DNA of 64,000 nt from Alphaproteobacteria bacterium (GTDB lineage: Bacteria; Pseudomonadota; Alphaproteobacteria; Rickettsiales; UBA998). A program made the position numbers and the translations under genes. This document shows, one piece after another, positions 40,475 through 49,570 of the stretch; the stretch's first letter is position 1, and the number at the start of each line of letters is the position of its first letter. The notes beneath the pieces were generated by a model that saw only the letters and a program-made list of their open reading frames with translations, did not search any database and had not been told where the DNA came from. The stretch is taken from contig JAYUJH010000008.1 in NCBI GenBank assembly GCA_043765375.1, forward strand, positions 12,113 to 76,112. The letters are read 5' to 3'.

Positions 40475-42169
40475 TTATGCGGAAATTACTGCACTACCAC
40501 TCATCAACTTGGCGGCGGCCAAACGGGCTTCATCAGTTACAACCGCTCCAGAAAGCATACGAGCCAATTCCTCTTGGCTTTGATCATGCGTTAATTGCAA
40601 CACATCAGTCACGGTTGCGCCGTTAATCACCTTTTTACTGATAAATAAATGAGTTTCACTACGAGCAGCAACTTGTGGCAAATGGGTTACCACCACCACT
40701 TGTTGTTTGCGTGAAAGTTCAGCGAGCTTCAACCCGATGCTATCCGCCACTGCCCCGCCTGTCCCCGTATCAATCTCATCAAAAATCAACATAGGAGAGT
40801 TCACACCATTATTCATCACCACCGCCATTGCCAACATGAAACGAGAAAGCTCCCCGCCCGATGCAATGCTTGCCAACCCTCCATAATGCCCGCCAACATT
40901 TGTTGCCACCTCAAAACATATATCATCAATTCCATTAGCTTTTGCTTGCTCTAATGTCAATTCATCACAACGAACCCGCACTTTGGTTGCTGACATTTTC
41001 AACATTTGCAAATTATCATGAATTGCATCACATAATTTAGGGATTGCCTCCAATCTTTTATCACGCAATAATTTTGCTTGATTCATATATTCCATTTGCA
41101 ATTCTTCAACCCGTTTGGCAAGGCGAGCAATTTCTTCCTGCCCACCAATCACTTGCTGCAATTTTTGCTCTGCTTGCGCTAAATATATCGGCAATTCATC
41201 AACATTCATGCGATATTTTCTCGCCAATTCACGCAGTGCAAATAATCGCTCTGAAATGCGCTCTAATTTCGCTTCATCATAATTAATTTCGCGCGAATAT
41301 TCATGCAAGATAGTTTCTGAATGTTCCAATTCATGCAAGCATCGCTCTAGGGAATCAATAATATTGCTAATTTGGGGAATCGTTGCAATCGCAGAACGTA
41401 AAAACGAAACTTGCACACGACGCAATTGCTCAGCAATGGGTGATTGTCCACCGCTTAAAATCTTCTCATTATCCTGCAATAATAGCCCTGTTTTTTCCAT
41501 TTGCAACAATGCACTGCGCTCATTTGCAAGCTCATCTTCCTCGCCTATTATTGGTTTCAACTTACCAATTTCCGCCACAACATGCGCCAAATATTCACTC
41601 TCACGGGCTGCATTTTGCAAATCCTGCTGCAATTTCTCCAACTCACGCTTGCTTGCCTGCCACGCCCCATAAGCCAGACGCACTTGCTTAGTTAAACCAT
41701 CACTTAATCCCGCATAATCATCAAGCAAGATAGCGTGTTTTGCCACTTCCAACAAACCACGCTGATCATGCTGCCCATGAATGACGATTAACCATTCACC
41801 AATATATTGCAATGTTTTTTGCGTCACTGGTTGATCATTCACGAATGATTTTGATGCACCGTCGGATTTCAATGTGCGCCTGATGATTAATATATCATCT
41901 TCAACCTCAATTCCTTGTTCAGCTAACCAATTTTGCAAATGGACATAACCCGCAATATCAAACTCAGCGGTAACCTGCCCACTTTCTTCGCCATAACGCA
42001 CCATTTTCCCGCCGCCATCGGCTCGCTTGCCCAGCACTAACCCCAGCGCATCAAGCAAAATGGATTTGCCTGCACCAGTTTCACCAGTAAGCACAGTTAA
42101 GCCAGCTGCAAACTCAATATTCACCTGCTGCAACAAAATAATATTTTTAATATTCAACCGAATAAGCAT
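40475..42169 (-). CDS. recN: DNA repair protein RecN
   Basis: MLIRLNIKNIILLQQVNIEFAAGLTVLTGETGAGKSILLDAL, a long coiled coil, and the C-terminal ASGGELSRFMLA...IFDEIDTGTGG. Confidence 0.93.
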   Translation of the reverse strand: MLIRLNIKNIILLQQVNIEFAAGLTVLTGETGAGKSILLDALGLVLGKRADGGGKMVRYGEESGQVTAEFDIAGYVHLQNWLAEQGIEVEDDILIIRRTLKSDGASKSFVNDQPVTQKTLQYIGEWLIVIHGQHDQRGLLEVAKHAILLDDYAGLSDGLTKQVRLAYGAWQASKRELEKLQQDLQNAARESEYLAHVVAEIGKLKPIIGEEDELANERSALLQMEKTGLLLQDNEKILSGGQSPIAEQLRRVQVSFLRSAIATIPQISNIIDSLERCLHELEHSETILHEYSREINYDEAKLERISERLFALRELARKYRMNVDELPIYLAQAEQKLQQVIGGQEEIARLAKRVEELQMEYMNQAKLLRDKRLEAIPKLCDAIHDNLQMLKMSATKVRVRCDELTLEQAKANGIDDICFEVATNVGGHYGGLASIASGGELSRFMLAMAVVMNNGVNSPMLIFDEIDTGTGGAVADSIGLKLAELSRKQQVVVVTHLPQVAARSETHLFISKKVINGATVTDVLQLTHDQSQEELARMLSGAVVTDEARLAAAKLMSGSAVISA

Positions 42170-42263
42170 ATATAATCATATATATAATGTTTTTTGATTT
42201 TATTATCCATTATAATTTTAACCATACGCCACTAAAATTGCGGTTTTAAGTTCTAGAACCTGC

Positions 42264-42391
42264 ATTCACAGTTTTTGAAAACCGCCGAAACGTTTGTATT
42301 TTTGAGAACCACAGCGCAGTGTATATAGAAATACATGAGCAGAGGAAGCGCAGAAAATCAAATGTTGCAGGCATTTTGAAAAGCTGTGAAT
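42264..42391 (+). mobile_element. MITE-like palindromic element, copy B (128-bp short form)
   Basis: Terminal inverted repeats ATTCACAGTTTTTGAAAACCGCC and GGCATTTTGAAAAGCTGTGAAT. The whole element is an imperfect palindrome. It is the reverse complement of the arms of copy A. Confidence 0.75.
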
Positions 42392-42404
42392 ATCAGTTTT
42401 AGCG

Positions 42405-42677
42405 TTACTCAACCAACAAAGTGATATTAGTGCTGATTGTAGCATTTGCAACCACGCCACGCAAAAACCTAACACTTAAACCAATCCCTACCACTTCTTT
42501 TTCGCTAAAACTTACCAAATCAAACCATTCAGTGCCATTGGGCGAGCCTTGCAATATAACCATCGCCCCCGCAAATGTTCCGTAACAATAGACTGTTTGC
42601 AAATATGAATAATTTTCCTGTGATATTCCAATTGAATTAGTGCTAATATTTTGTAAAATCTGCATATTTCCTCTCAT
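42405..42677 (-). CDS. hypothetical beta-rich small protein
   Basis: 90-aa ORF (alternative start MQILQ). No motif recognised. Its stop is 13 nt from MITE copy B. Confidence 0.4.
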   Translation of the reverse strand: MRGNMQILQNISTNSIGISQENYSYLQTVYCYGTFAGAMVILQGSPNGTEWFDLVSFSEKEVVGIGLSVRFLRGVVANATISTNITLLVE

Positions 42678-42902
42678 ATTGGTTGTTCATCAAGAGTATA
42701 TAAGCACATATTTAATTCACGGCAGGAAGGGAGAAAAGGTCATATACAACATTACTAATATGTAATTTAATGCGAATTATCTGCATTTCTTGATTGAACC
42801 AACATTAAAAATATGTTATGTTTCAAATGCGATTAAAGCTAAATAATTGTATCAATTTGAAACTTAATTAAACATATTTAATCAACATCATGGAGGAAAA
42901 CA

Positions 42903-43091
42903 ATGAATGCCATCTCATATATTAATGCCTTGGAATATCGCCGTAACACTTTGAAAAATACTATTAAACATGAATTGAAATTATCCAGCCGTGATGAAAT
43001 GAAAATAAATGCACTCAAAAAATATCGGTTGCGTTTGAAAGATAAAATCACCTCCATGAATCAATATTCCTCCGAAAAAACATATAACTAA
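42903..43091 (+). CDS. DUF465 (YdcH-like) small protein
   Basis: 62 aa. GGAGGAAAACA is upstream of the ATG. The D..I..LKK.RL.LKD.I pattern is as in DUF465. Confidence 0.6.
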   Translation: MNAISYINALEYRRNTLKNTIKHELKLSSRDEMKINALKKYRLRLKDKITSMNQYSSEKTYN

Positions 43092-43314
43092 AAATCTATA
43101 TGAACTTGAAGGCGAGTGCGCTCAATTACTATTGAACTTGAAATCTATTTAACTTGAGGGCAAATCGCCTTTTTTATTTTTCAACCGAACCACAAATCAA
43201 CAAAATATGAAAAATAAAAAATAAACGCATTATAAATGTTTTTTTGTCAAAAAATTACGATATATTTAAGGAATTATTCATAATCTGGAAATATACGTTA
43301 TTTTATAAGTTAAC

Positions 43315-43782
43315 ATGACAAAAATCAACGAACCAACCAATATTAATTCTACCAAACGCACAACCAAAAAAGCGCATATTGGAGGCACTGATAGCGCGCA
43401 TAGTTATTTTGCCGATATTATGGCGATGGTTGATATGGCAACCAATATTAACGAAGTAGCAAGCAATGCTGCAATTCTGAGCTCCGCCCCCATCGCTGCG
43501 ATGGATAATTTAATGGCGATGCAGGAAAGTTCCAGTGAAGCGCAAAACCACAATGCACAACGTCAACAACAAATTAAATCCGCCAATCTTGCCCTTGATT
43601 CCCTTGAGGAACTGCGCCTAACTTTGCTTGCGGGTGAGATACCGCATTATTTGTTGACCAGTATTGAATCCAACATGAACGCCTTAAAGCACAAGGTGCA
43701 AAACCCAGATTTGCGTGAAATAATTGAGGATATTGAGTTGCGGGCGGCAGTTGAACTCGCCAAGTTTTATTTTCAACGCTGA
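43315..43782 (+). CDS. fliX: flagellar assembly regulator FliX
   Basis: 155 aa. LDSLEELRLTLLAGEIP and C-terminal EDIELRAAVELAKF match my memory of Caulobacter FliX (LDELKVALLEG...ETRAAVELAKL). Confidence 0.7.
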   Translation: MTKINEPTNINSTKRTTKKAHIGGTDSAHSYFADIMAMVDMATNINEVASNAAILSSAPIAAMDNLMAMQESSSEAQNHNAQRQQQIKSANLALDSLEELRLTLLAGEIPHYLLTSIESNMNALKHKVQNPDLREIIEDIELRAAVELAKFYFQR

Positions 43783-43880
43783 GATATTTTGGGACATATA
43801 AGGCGTGCAATTCGTGAGCATGACACAAATATAGATACTAATTAATATATAGACACTAACTAATATAGGCACTGACTCCC

Positions 43881-43905
43881 GTCATACCAGCGGAAGCTGG
43901 TATCC
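43881..43905 (+). repeat. small palindromic REP (GTCATACCAGCGGAAGCTGGTATCC)
   Basis: Perfect 8-bp stem and 4-nt loop, lying between the convergent fliX and nhaA genes. Confidence 0.75.
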
Positions 43906-43936
43906 ACCATATCAGTTACTTTGCACTTATAATACT

Positions 43937-45136
43937 TCACACCTGAGATGATATTTTCAAAGCATATTTAAGCAAAAAATAACTCACCAGCCCTGAAGCA
44001 ATTGAACCAATCATCACTCCGAGCTTGGTTTCGGTTAGCAACATCACATCATCATAAGCAAGTGTGCCAACAAACAAACTCATAGTAAATCCTATACCAC
44101 ACATTAAGCATACGGCGTAAAATTGTAACCATGTTGAGCCTTTAGGGCGGCTAGCAACGCCCAGCTTAATAGCAATTAATGATGAACTAAACACCCCAAT
44201 TTGCTTGCCAAAAAATAATCCACAAGCAACCCCCAAAGGAATTGCCCCTTGCAACTGATGCAACCCAACACCCGCCAACACAACTCCCGCATTAGCAAAA
44301 GCAAATAATGGCAAAATCAAATGATTAACTGGATAAGCAATTTTATGTTCTATATTTTTGAGCATAGAACCACCACGCAAATCGGGTTTCAATGGAATGG
44401 CAAAGCCAAGCACCACCCCAGCGATGGTTGCATGAACGCCAGATTTCATAATCGCCAACCACATTACCACCCCAACCAGCAAATAAAGTGAGAAGAACCG
44501 CACCCCACGCATATTCATGAATAATAGCAATATCGCACAGCCCGCACTCACCAATAACGCATCAATTGAAATATTAGCCGTATAAAAAAAGGCGATAATC
44601 AATACGGCGATTAAATCATCAATCACGGCAACAGCAGTTAAAAATACTTTCAAACCCAACGGAACACGGCTGCCCAGCAATGAAATAACTCCAACCGCAA
44701 ACGCAATATCAGTTGCAGTTGGAATTGCCCAGCCTCGCAATGCCGCATCATTGCCCGCATTAAACCATGTAAAAATTATTGCAGGAACAGTTACTCCGCC
44801 TATAGCAGCAATTAACGGCAGGATAGCATCTTGACGAGACGCAAGCTGCCCCTCTTTCAATTCTCGCTTAATTCCCATACCAACAAAGAAGAAGAAAATC
44901 ACCATCAACCCGTCATTAATCCAGTGATCAACAGGTTTGCTCAGGCTAAAATCTCCAAAACCTAGCGTAATCTTGCTATGTAGGAATGCTTGATAGCCCG
45001 CAGCGGTTGATCCCATATTGGCACATATCATCGCAATAATGCTTGCAACCATCAGCAAAATGCTACTGGAGGAATCCATCTCAAGAAAGCGTTGCAAAGT
45101 TGATTTTTTGGAAATATCATTATCATTCATAATCAC
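43937..45136 (-). CDS. nhaA: Na+/H+ antiporter NhaA
   Basis: 399-aa polytopic protein. FLEMDSSSSILLMVASIIAMICAN, WINDGLMVIFFFFVG.EIKRE, and the paired aspartates in AVIDDL. Confidence 0.9.
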   Translation of the reverse strand: MIMNDNDISKKSTLQRFLEMDSSSSILLMVASIIAMICANMGSTAAGYQAFLHSKITLGFGDFSLSKPVDHWINDGLMVIFFFFVGMGIKRELKEGQLASRQDAILPLIAAIGGVTVPAIIFTWFNAGNDAALRGWAIPTATDIAFAVGVISLLGSRVPLGLKVFLTAVAVIDDLIAVLIIAFFYTANISIDALLVSAGCAILLLFMNMRGVRFFSLYLLVGVVMWLAIMKSGVHATIAGVVLGFAIPLKPDLRGGSMLKNIEHKIAYPVNHLILPLFAFANAGVVLAGVGLHQLQGAIPLGVACGLFFGKQIGVFSSSLIAIKLGVASRPKGSTWLQFYAVCLMCGIGFTMSLFVGTLAYDDVMLLTETKLGVMIGSIASGLVSYFLLKYALKISSQV

Positions 45137-45204
45137 AATATATAACGCACTAGCAAATAATCAAGCCTTAAATAACAAACAAATTGGTAAGGTTGTGTTA
45201 TAAT

Positions 45205-45445
45205 TTCGCTGATGCGCTAGCGAAAATTGTAATTTAACGAGCATTCAAGCGACGTGTATTATAGTGCCTCAACTTTTTATTGATCCTGTAAAAACGGAAT
45301 AATAAAAAGTTGAGAAAGCACTATAACCTTAAAAATATAGCACTACATCACTTTTTATCAGGTTTTGAAAAAACCAATAAAAAGCGAAAGTGCTATACAT
45401 ATACATGAGCGAAGAAGCGCAAGTTAAAATGCGATTTGCAGCAAG
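45205..45445 (+). mobile_element. MITE-like element, diverged copy C with two nested hairpin modules
   Basis: Arms align with copy B (CGAAAATTGTAATTTAACGAGCATTCAAGCGACGTGTAT vs CGAAACGTTTGTATTTTTGAGAACCACAGCGCAGTGTAT; ATACATGAGCGAAGAAGCGCAAG vs ATACATGAGCAGAGGAAGCGCAG). Hairpins at 45261-45324 and 45337-45396, each bounded by ATAG(T/C)(G/A)C...G(C/T)(A/G)CTAT. Confidence 0.6.
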
Positions 45446-45469
45446 CAACAGTAGAAATAAAAACATAAC

Positions 45470-46327
45470 CTAGTGTTTTTTGTCGCCATAAGCATTAATT
45501 ATTATCCCAATAATAATGATAATTGCACCAATCACCGTGGTTGAGGCGATTTTTTCATCAAATAGCAACCATGCAAAAGTGGAAGACCATATCAGGTTCA
45601 AAAACATAAATGGGTGCGCCACGCTTAACTCAATTTTTTGCAACGCATTACCAACAGAAAATTGAACGGCAGCAACCAAAATCGCCATCAAAGCGAAATA
45701 TGGTAAATGCGAAACATCGGGCAACCTCGCCTGTGTTGCCGCAAATGGCGCAGAAAATAACGCCATCATCACCAATGTTCGTGCAGCAATCCGTGATGGA
45801 GGCTCAGTTTTGGCAAGCAACCTTATAGTCACGCCACACAAAGCAAAACAACAAGCAGCAAGCATGGGTAACAAATATGCAAGTTGAAACTCCGCTCCAA
45901 ACGGGTTGGTGACGCTGATAATTCCGATAAATCCAACCATTAAACCAATGATTTTTTGCTGATTAATTTTCTCACCCAACATATAAACCGCAAATATTGT
46001 GCCAATCAGTGGCGTGGTGAAAGTTAGTGTTACCAACACGGCAAATGGTATTTTGGCGAGCGCAAAAAACATGCACATAAATCCAGTAATTTCTAAAATC
46101 GCTCTTACGCTATACAACCCTGAGCGGGTGGTTGAAAATCGTATTTTTCCACGCAATATTGCGGGCAAATAAAGTGAACTACCTAGAAGAGAATAGCAAA
46201 AAACCAACTGAAACGGGTGATAATTGAATGTATGATTTAAGTATTTCATATTGATATTGATTATCACGGATAATAATCCCGATATGCAAAACCACATGAT
46301 TCCTTGTTGTTTGTTGCTTAAGTTCAT
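45470..46327 (-). CDS. DMT-superfamily (EamA-like) transporter
   Basis: 285 aa with about 10 hydrophobic helices in two EamA-like halves. Confidence 0.75.
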   Translation of the reverse strand: MNLSNKQQGIMWFCISGLLSVIININMKYLNHTFNYHPFQLVFCYSLLGSSLYLPAILRGKIRFSTTRSGLYSVRAILEITGFMCMFFALAKIPFAVLVTLTFTTPLIGTIFAVYMLGEKINQQKIIGLMVGFIGIISVTNPFGAEFQLAYLLPMLAACCFALCGVTIRLLAKTEPPSRIAARTLVMMALFSAPFAATQARLPDVSHLPYFALMAILVAAVQFSVGNALQKIELSVAHPFMFLNLIWSSTFAWLLFDEKIASTTVIGAIIIIIGIIINAYGDKKH

Positions 46328-46487
46328 AGTTTATTCAAATCCATAATATTCTTATTTATGCTACAATATTATTTTAATTTCATAACATATATAATATTTT
46401 TTTAATATTACCACTTAAAAAATATTTCATCGCTCAAACTAAAAACTTATACTTGTATTTAGGATAGTAAATTGTTATAAATATTTC

Positions 46488-47585
46488 ATGAATATAGAGC
46501 ATCAATCTCAATCAGCCATGCAAGAAAGCGTCAGACATCAAACAGCCCAATACCAAACAGATATTGTTATAATTGGAGCGGGGCCCGTTGGGTTGTTCAC
46601 CGTTTTTGAATGTGGAATGCTAAAAATGCAAACCCATGTGATTGATTCACTGGAGGCAGTTGGTGGGCAATGCACCGCATTATATCCCGAGAAACCAATT
46701 TATGATATACCCGCATATCCGAGCATTAATGCCGCAGAATTAATTGATAAATTAGTTGAACAATCAGCCCCTTTTAAGCCACATTTTCATCTGGGTCAAC
46801 AGGTGATAGGGCTAGAAAAACAAGGCGATGATTGGCAAGTTACAACCTCCAAAGGCGTTGAAATAACCGCAAAAGCAGTGATTATTGCGGGTGGGTGCGG
46901 AGCATTTGGCCCCAACCGTCCACCGTTGCAAGGACTTGAACAATATGAAGGAACATCTGTGTTTTACATGGTGGCACACAAAGCTGATTATGCGGGCAAA
47001 CGCATTGTGATAGCTGGCGGGGGCGATTCCGCCGTAGATTGGGCGATTGCACTAGCTGATATTGCTGAACATATATATTTTGTGCATCGCAGAGCCAAGT
47101 TTCGTGCTGCCCCTGAAAGCATCGCTCGGTTGGAACAATTATGTCAAACGAGAGATAATATTGAGATGGTAATTCCCTATCAATTGCATGGCTTGCAGGG
47201 CGAAAATGGTATTTTGAACACTGTTGAAGTGGCAACGCTTGAGGGTGAGGTTCGCACCCTGCCCGCTAATGTGCTATTGCCATTTTTTGGCTTGGCGATG
47301 GAGTTAGGGCCTATCAATGATTGGGGGTTACAGTTGGAAATGAGCCATATAAAGGTTAATCCCGCTACCATGCAAACCAACCATCAAGGAATATTCGCAG
47401 TGGGTGATATCGCCAGTTTTGCGGGCAAGTTAAAGTTGATTTTATGCGGTTTTAGCGAAGCTGCGGTTGCTGCACATAACGCTTATTCTTGCGTCAATCA
47501 AGGCAAAACATTGCATTTTGAATATTCCACCAGTAAGGGCGTTCAATCTGATGGCGTTCAATCTAAAGGCGTGCAGGCAGCTTGA
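46488..47585 (+). CDS. ferredoxin-NADP(+) reductase, thioredoxin-reductase-like type
   Basis: DIVIIGAGPVGLFTVFECGMLKM..HVID.LE.VGGQCTALYPEKPIYDIPAYP, a second GGGDSAVDWA fold, and a C-terminal 15-nt repeat (GVQSDGVQSKGVQ). Confidence 0.85.
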   Translation: MNIEHQSQSAMQESVRHQTAQYQTDIVIIGAGPVGLFTVFECGMLKMQTHVIDSLEAVGGQCTALYPEKPIYDIPAYPSINAAELIDKLVEQSAPFKPHFHLGQQVIGLEKQGDDWQVTTSKGVEITAKAVIIAGGCGAFGPNRPPLQGLEQYEGTSVFYMVAHKADYAGKRIVIAGGGDSAVDWAIALADIAEHIYFVHRRAKFRAAPESIARLEQLCQTRDNIEMVIPYQLHGLQGENGILNTVEVATLEGEVRTLPANVLLPFFGLAMELGPINDWGLQLEMSHIKVNPATMQTNHQGIFAVGDIASFAGKLKLILCGFSEAAVAAHNAYSCVNQGKTLHFEYSTSKGVQSDGVQSKGVQAA

Positions 47586-48361
47586 TTAATCCCAAAGAGC
47601 AACAAATCCTAGCAGCGCATTTGCTTGGCTTAAGCAGAGAGGATTATCTGCGCTTGCAACCCCCAAACCCTGCGCAACTTCAACAATTATGCGACCGTCG
47701 TGAAGCTGGTGAACCGATTGCTAAAATTATTGGACGCAAAGCATTTTGGCGAGATGATTTTTTCACCAATCAACATACCCTAGACCCTCGCCCCGAGAGT
47801 GAATTAATCATTGAAACCATGTTGGAATTATACCCAAACCGTAACTTACCACTAAAAATATTAGATTTAGGCACAGGCACAGGTTGCTTGTTGCTCAGTT
47901 TATTGCGGGAATATCCTAATGCAAAAGGCGTGGGAATTGATATTAGCAATGAAGCAATCACAATCGCCAATCGCAACGCAAACGCATTAAAATTGCAAAA
48001 TCATAGTGTTTTTCACAATTTAAGCTGGACAGAATTAGATAAATCATTATATAATGTGATAATAACAAATCCACCTTATATTCCAACCAATGATATTGAT
48101 TTTTTGGAATGCGATGTTCGGGATTACGACCCTATCAAAGCCTTAGATGGTGGTGATGACGGTCTCAACGCTTATAGGCAAATATTTACATTGATAAATA
48201 ATTTATTAAATCATGATAGTGTGATAATTTGTGAAATTGGGATAAATCAGCAAGATGACGTTAATCAAATAGCAAATGATGCTGGATTTATTAATTCTCA
48301 TTCCAAGCAGGATTTAGCTGGAATAGTGCGAACTCTAGCTTTCAAAAAAACTGATTTTTAG
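47582..48361 (+). CDS. prmC: release-factor glutamine N5-methyltransferase PrmC (HemK)
   Basis: ILDLGTGTGCLLLSL (SAM motif I) and IITNPPYIP (NPPY). The TTG start overlaps the stop of the upstream gene. Confidence 0.85.
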   Translation: MINPKEQQILAAHLLGLSREDYLRLQPPNPAQLQQLCDRREAGEPIAKIIGRKAFWRDDFFTNQHTLDPRPESELIIETMLELYPNRNLPLKILDLGTGTGCLLLSLLREYPNAKGVGIDISNEAITIANRNANALKLQNHSVFHNLSWTELDKSLYNVIITNPPYIPTNDIDFLECDVRDYDPIKALDGGDDGLNAYRQIFTLINNLLNHDSVIICEIGINQQDDVNQIANDAGFINSHSKQDLAGIVRTLAFKKTDF

Positions 48362-48464
48362 AAGAAATTAAAAATCACTCAAGCACCACCTAAAAAAACA
48401 GCATTTGAAACATGTTTCAATTAATATAAACTAACCACTTACGCAAAATAACTAAGGAAAATCA

Positions 48465-49514
48465 ATGCGCCCTACTAATAATAACAATAATAATACCCGT
48501 CGCCCCAACCCAAATGGACAGATAAATAATAGTCGCAGCAATCCAAATGGCAGCCCCAGCAATATGGGACGCAGATTTAACAATAATCCACGCCCCAGCC
48601 CGAGCAGTGGCAATGCGCAAAGCCGCACTAATGCCATTTATGACCGTGACGAAATGAGCGATATCGTCAACCCAGCCCAGCGCAGGCACGCCAGCAATCA
48701 ACAAACTAAGTTCCTAGATTTGGCTAAAAATGCCAAACAGCAGGGTGATAGGGTAGAAGTTGAATATTATATGCAGCATGTGGAGCATTATACCAGAGTG
48801 CTAAACTTGGCTGAAGCCCAAGATGAATTACGCAATAAGGAGCGTAATGTTAATGTAAGACCGCCACAGCAGCAGCAACAGCAACAGAACGCGCAGCAGG
48901 TTTCGCAACCAACATCACAACATAATCATGATGAAAAATCAGAAATTGAGGAAGAATCCAGTGATGAAAATGCACCGCATAATGGTGAAACGGAAGAGCA
49001 ACGGCTGGCACGAGTGGAGCGCAACCGAGCCAAAAGGCGCAATCGCCGCTTGAAACGTAATAATTATACGGGGCAAGGAGCAACCGAGCAAGATGATGCC
49101 CCAAATAATGATACACTAAATGCTGATGCCCCAAGCCATGATGCCTCACCCAATGAAATATCACATCAAGCGATAGATATAACATTGCTTGACGAATATG
49201 ATAGCACTAAACCAGTAGCAAAACCTGTTGCAAATCCAACCGTCACAAATCCAATGGACAAAAATATCACAGAGCAAAATCCAATTGAAACTGACGAAGT
49301 TTTGGAAAAAACGCCAATTATTGCTCGCCCAACCACACCAAAAATTAAACGCTTACCAGTTCGGGCAAAACGTGAATCAACCATCAAAAAAACACCACAA
49401 GAGGATTTGCTAGAAAATAGTGGTGCATCTTTGCGTGATGTTCTGCCCGCTGCCAAAATAGATAGTAATAATGTGAATAGCGATAAAATTGACGCAACAG
49501 AGCTTGATAATTAA
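48465..49514 (+). CDS. DUF4167 domain protein (N/Q/R-rich)
   Basis: FLDLAKNAKQQGDRVEVEYYMQHVEHYTRVLN matches the DUF4167 core (A..GDRV.AE.Y.QHAEHY.R). The remainder is low-complexity. Confidence 0.7.
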   Translation: MRPTNNNNNNTRRPNPNGQINNSRSNPNGSPSNMGRRFNNNPRPSPSSGNAQSRTNAIYDRDEMSDIVNPAQRRHASNQQTKFLDLAKNAKQQGDRVEVEYYMQHVEHYTRVLNLAEAQDELRNKERNVNVRPPQQQQQQQNAQQVSQPTSQHNHDEKSEIEEESSDENAPHNGETEEQRLARVERNRAKRRNRRLKRNNYTGQGATEQDDAPNNDTLNADAPSHDASPNEISHQAIDITLLDEYDSTKPVAKPVANPTVTNPMDKNITEQNPIETDEVLEKTPIIARPTTPKIKRLPVRAKRESTIKKTPQEDLLENSGASLRDVLPAAKIDSNNVNSDKIDATELDN

Positions 49515-49570
49515 CAATATATATCTAGCAAAAATCAGATAATACAAAAATTAAATAACGCAAAAACTAT

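Noticed and set aside
43092-43163. Direct repeats AAATCTAT(A/T)T(G/A)AACTTGA(A/G)GGC downstream of the DUF465 gene
   Set aside because: There are only two degenerate copies plus a partial GAACTTGA, next to a weak hairpin and T-run. This is most simply a terminator region. It is too short to support a functional claim.
48452-49456. Minus-strand ORFs (48452..48637, 48462..48704, 48850..49185, 49166..49456) opposite the DUF4167 gene
   Set aside because: They are shadows of an N/Q/R-rich low-complexity gene. The plus frame contains the recognisable DUF4167 core.
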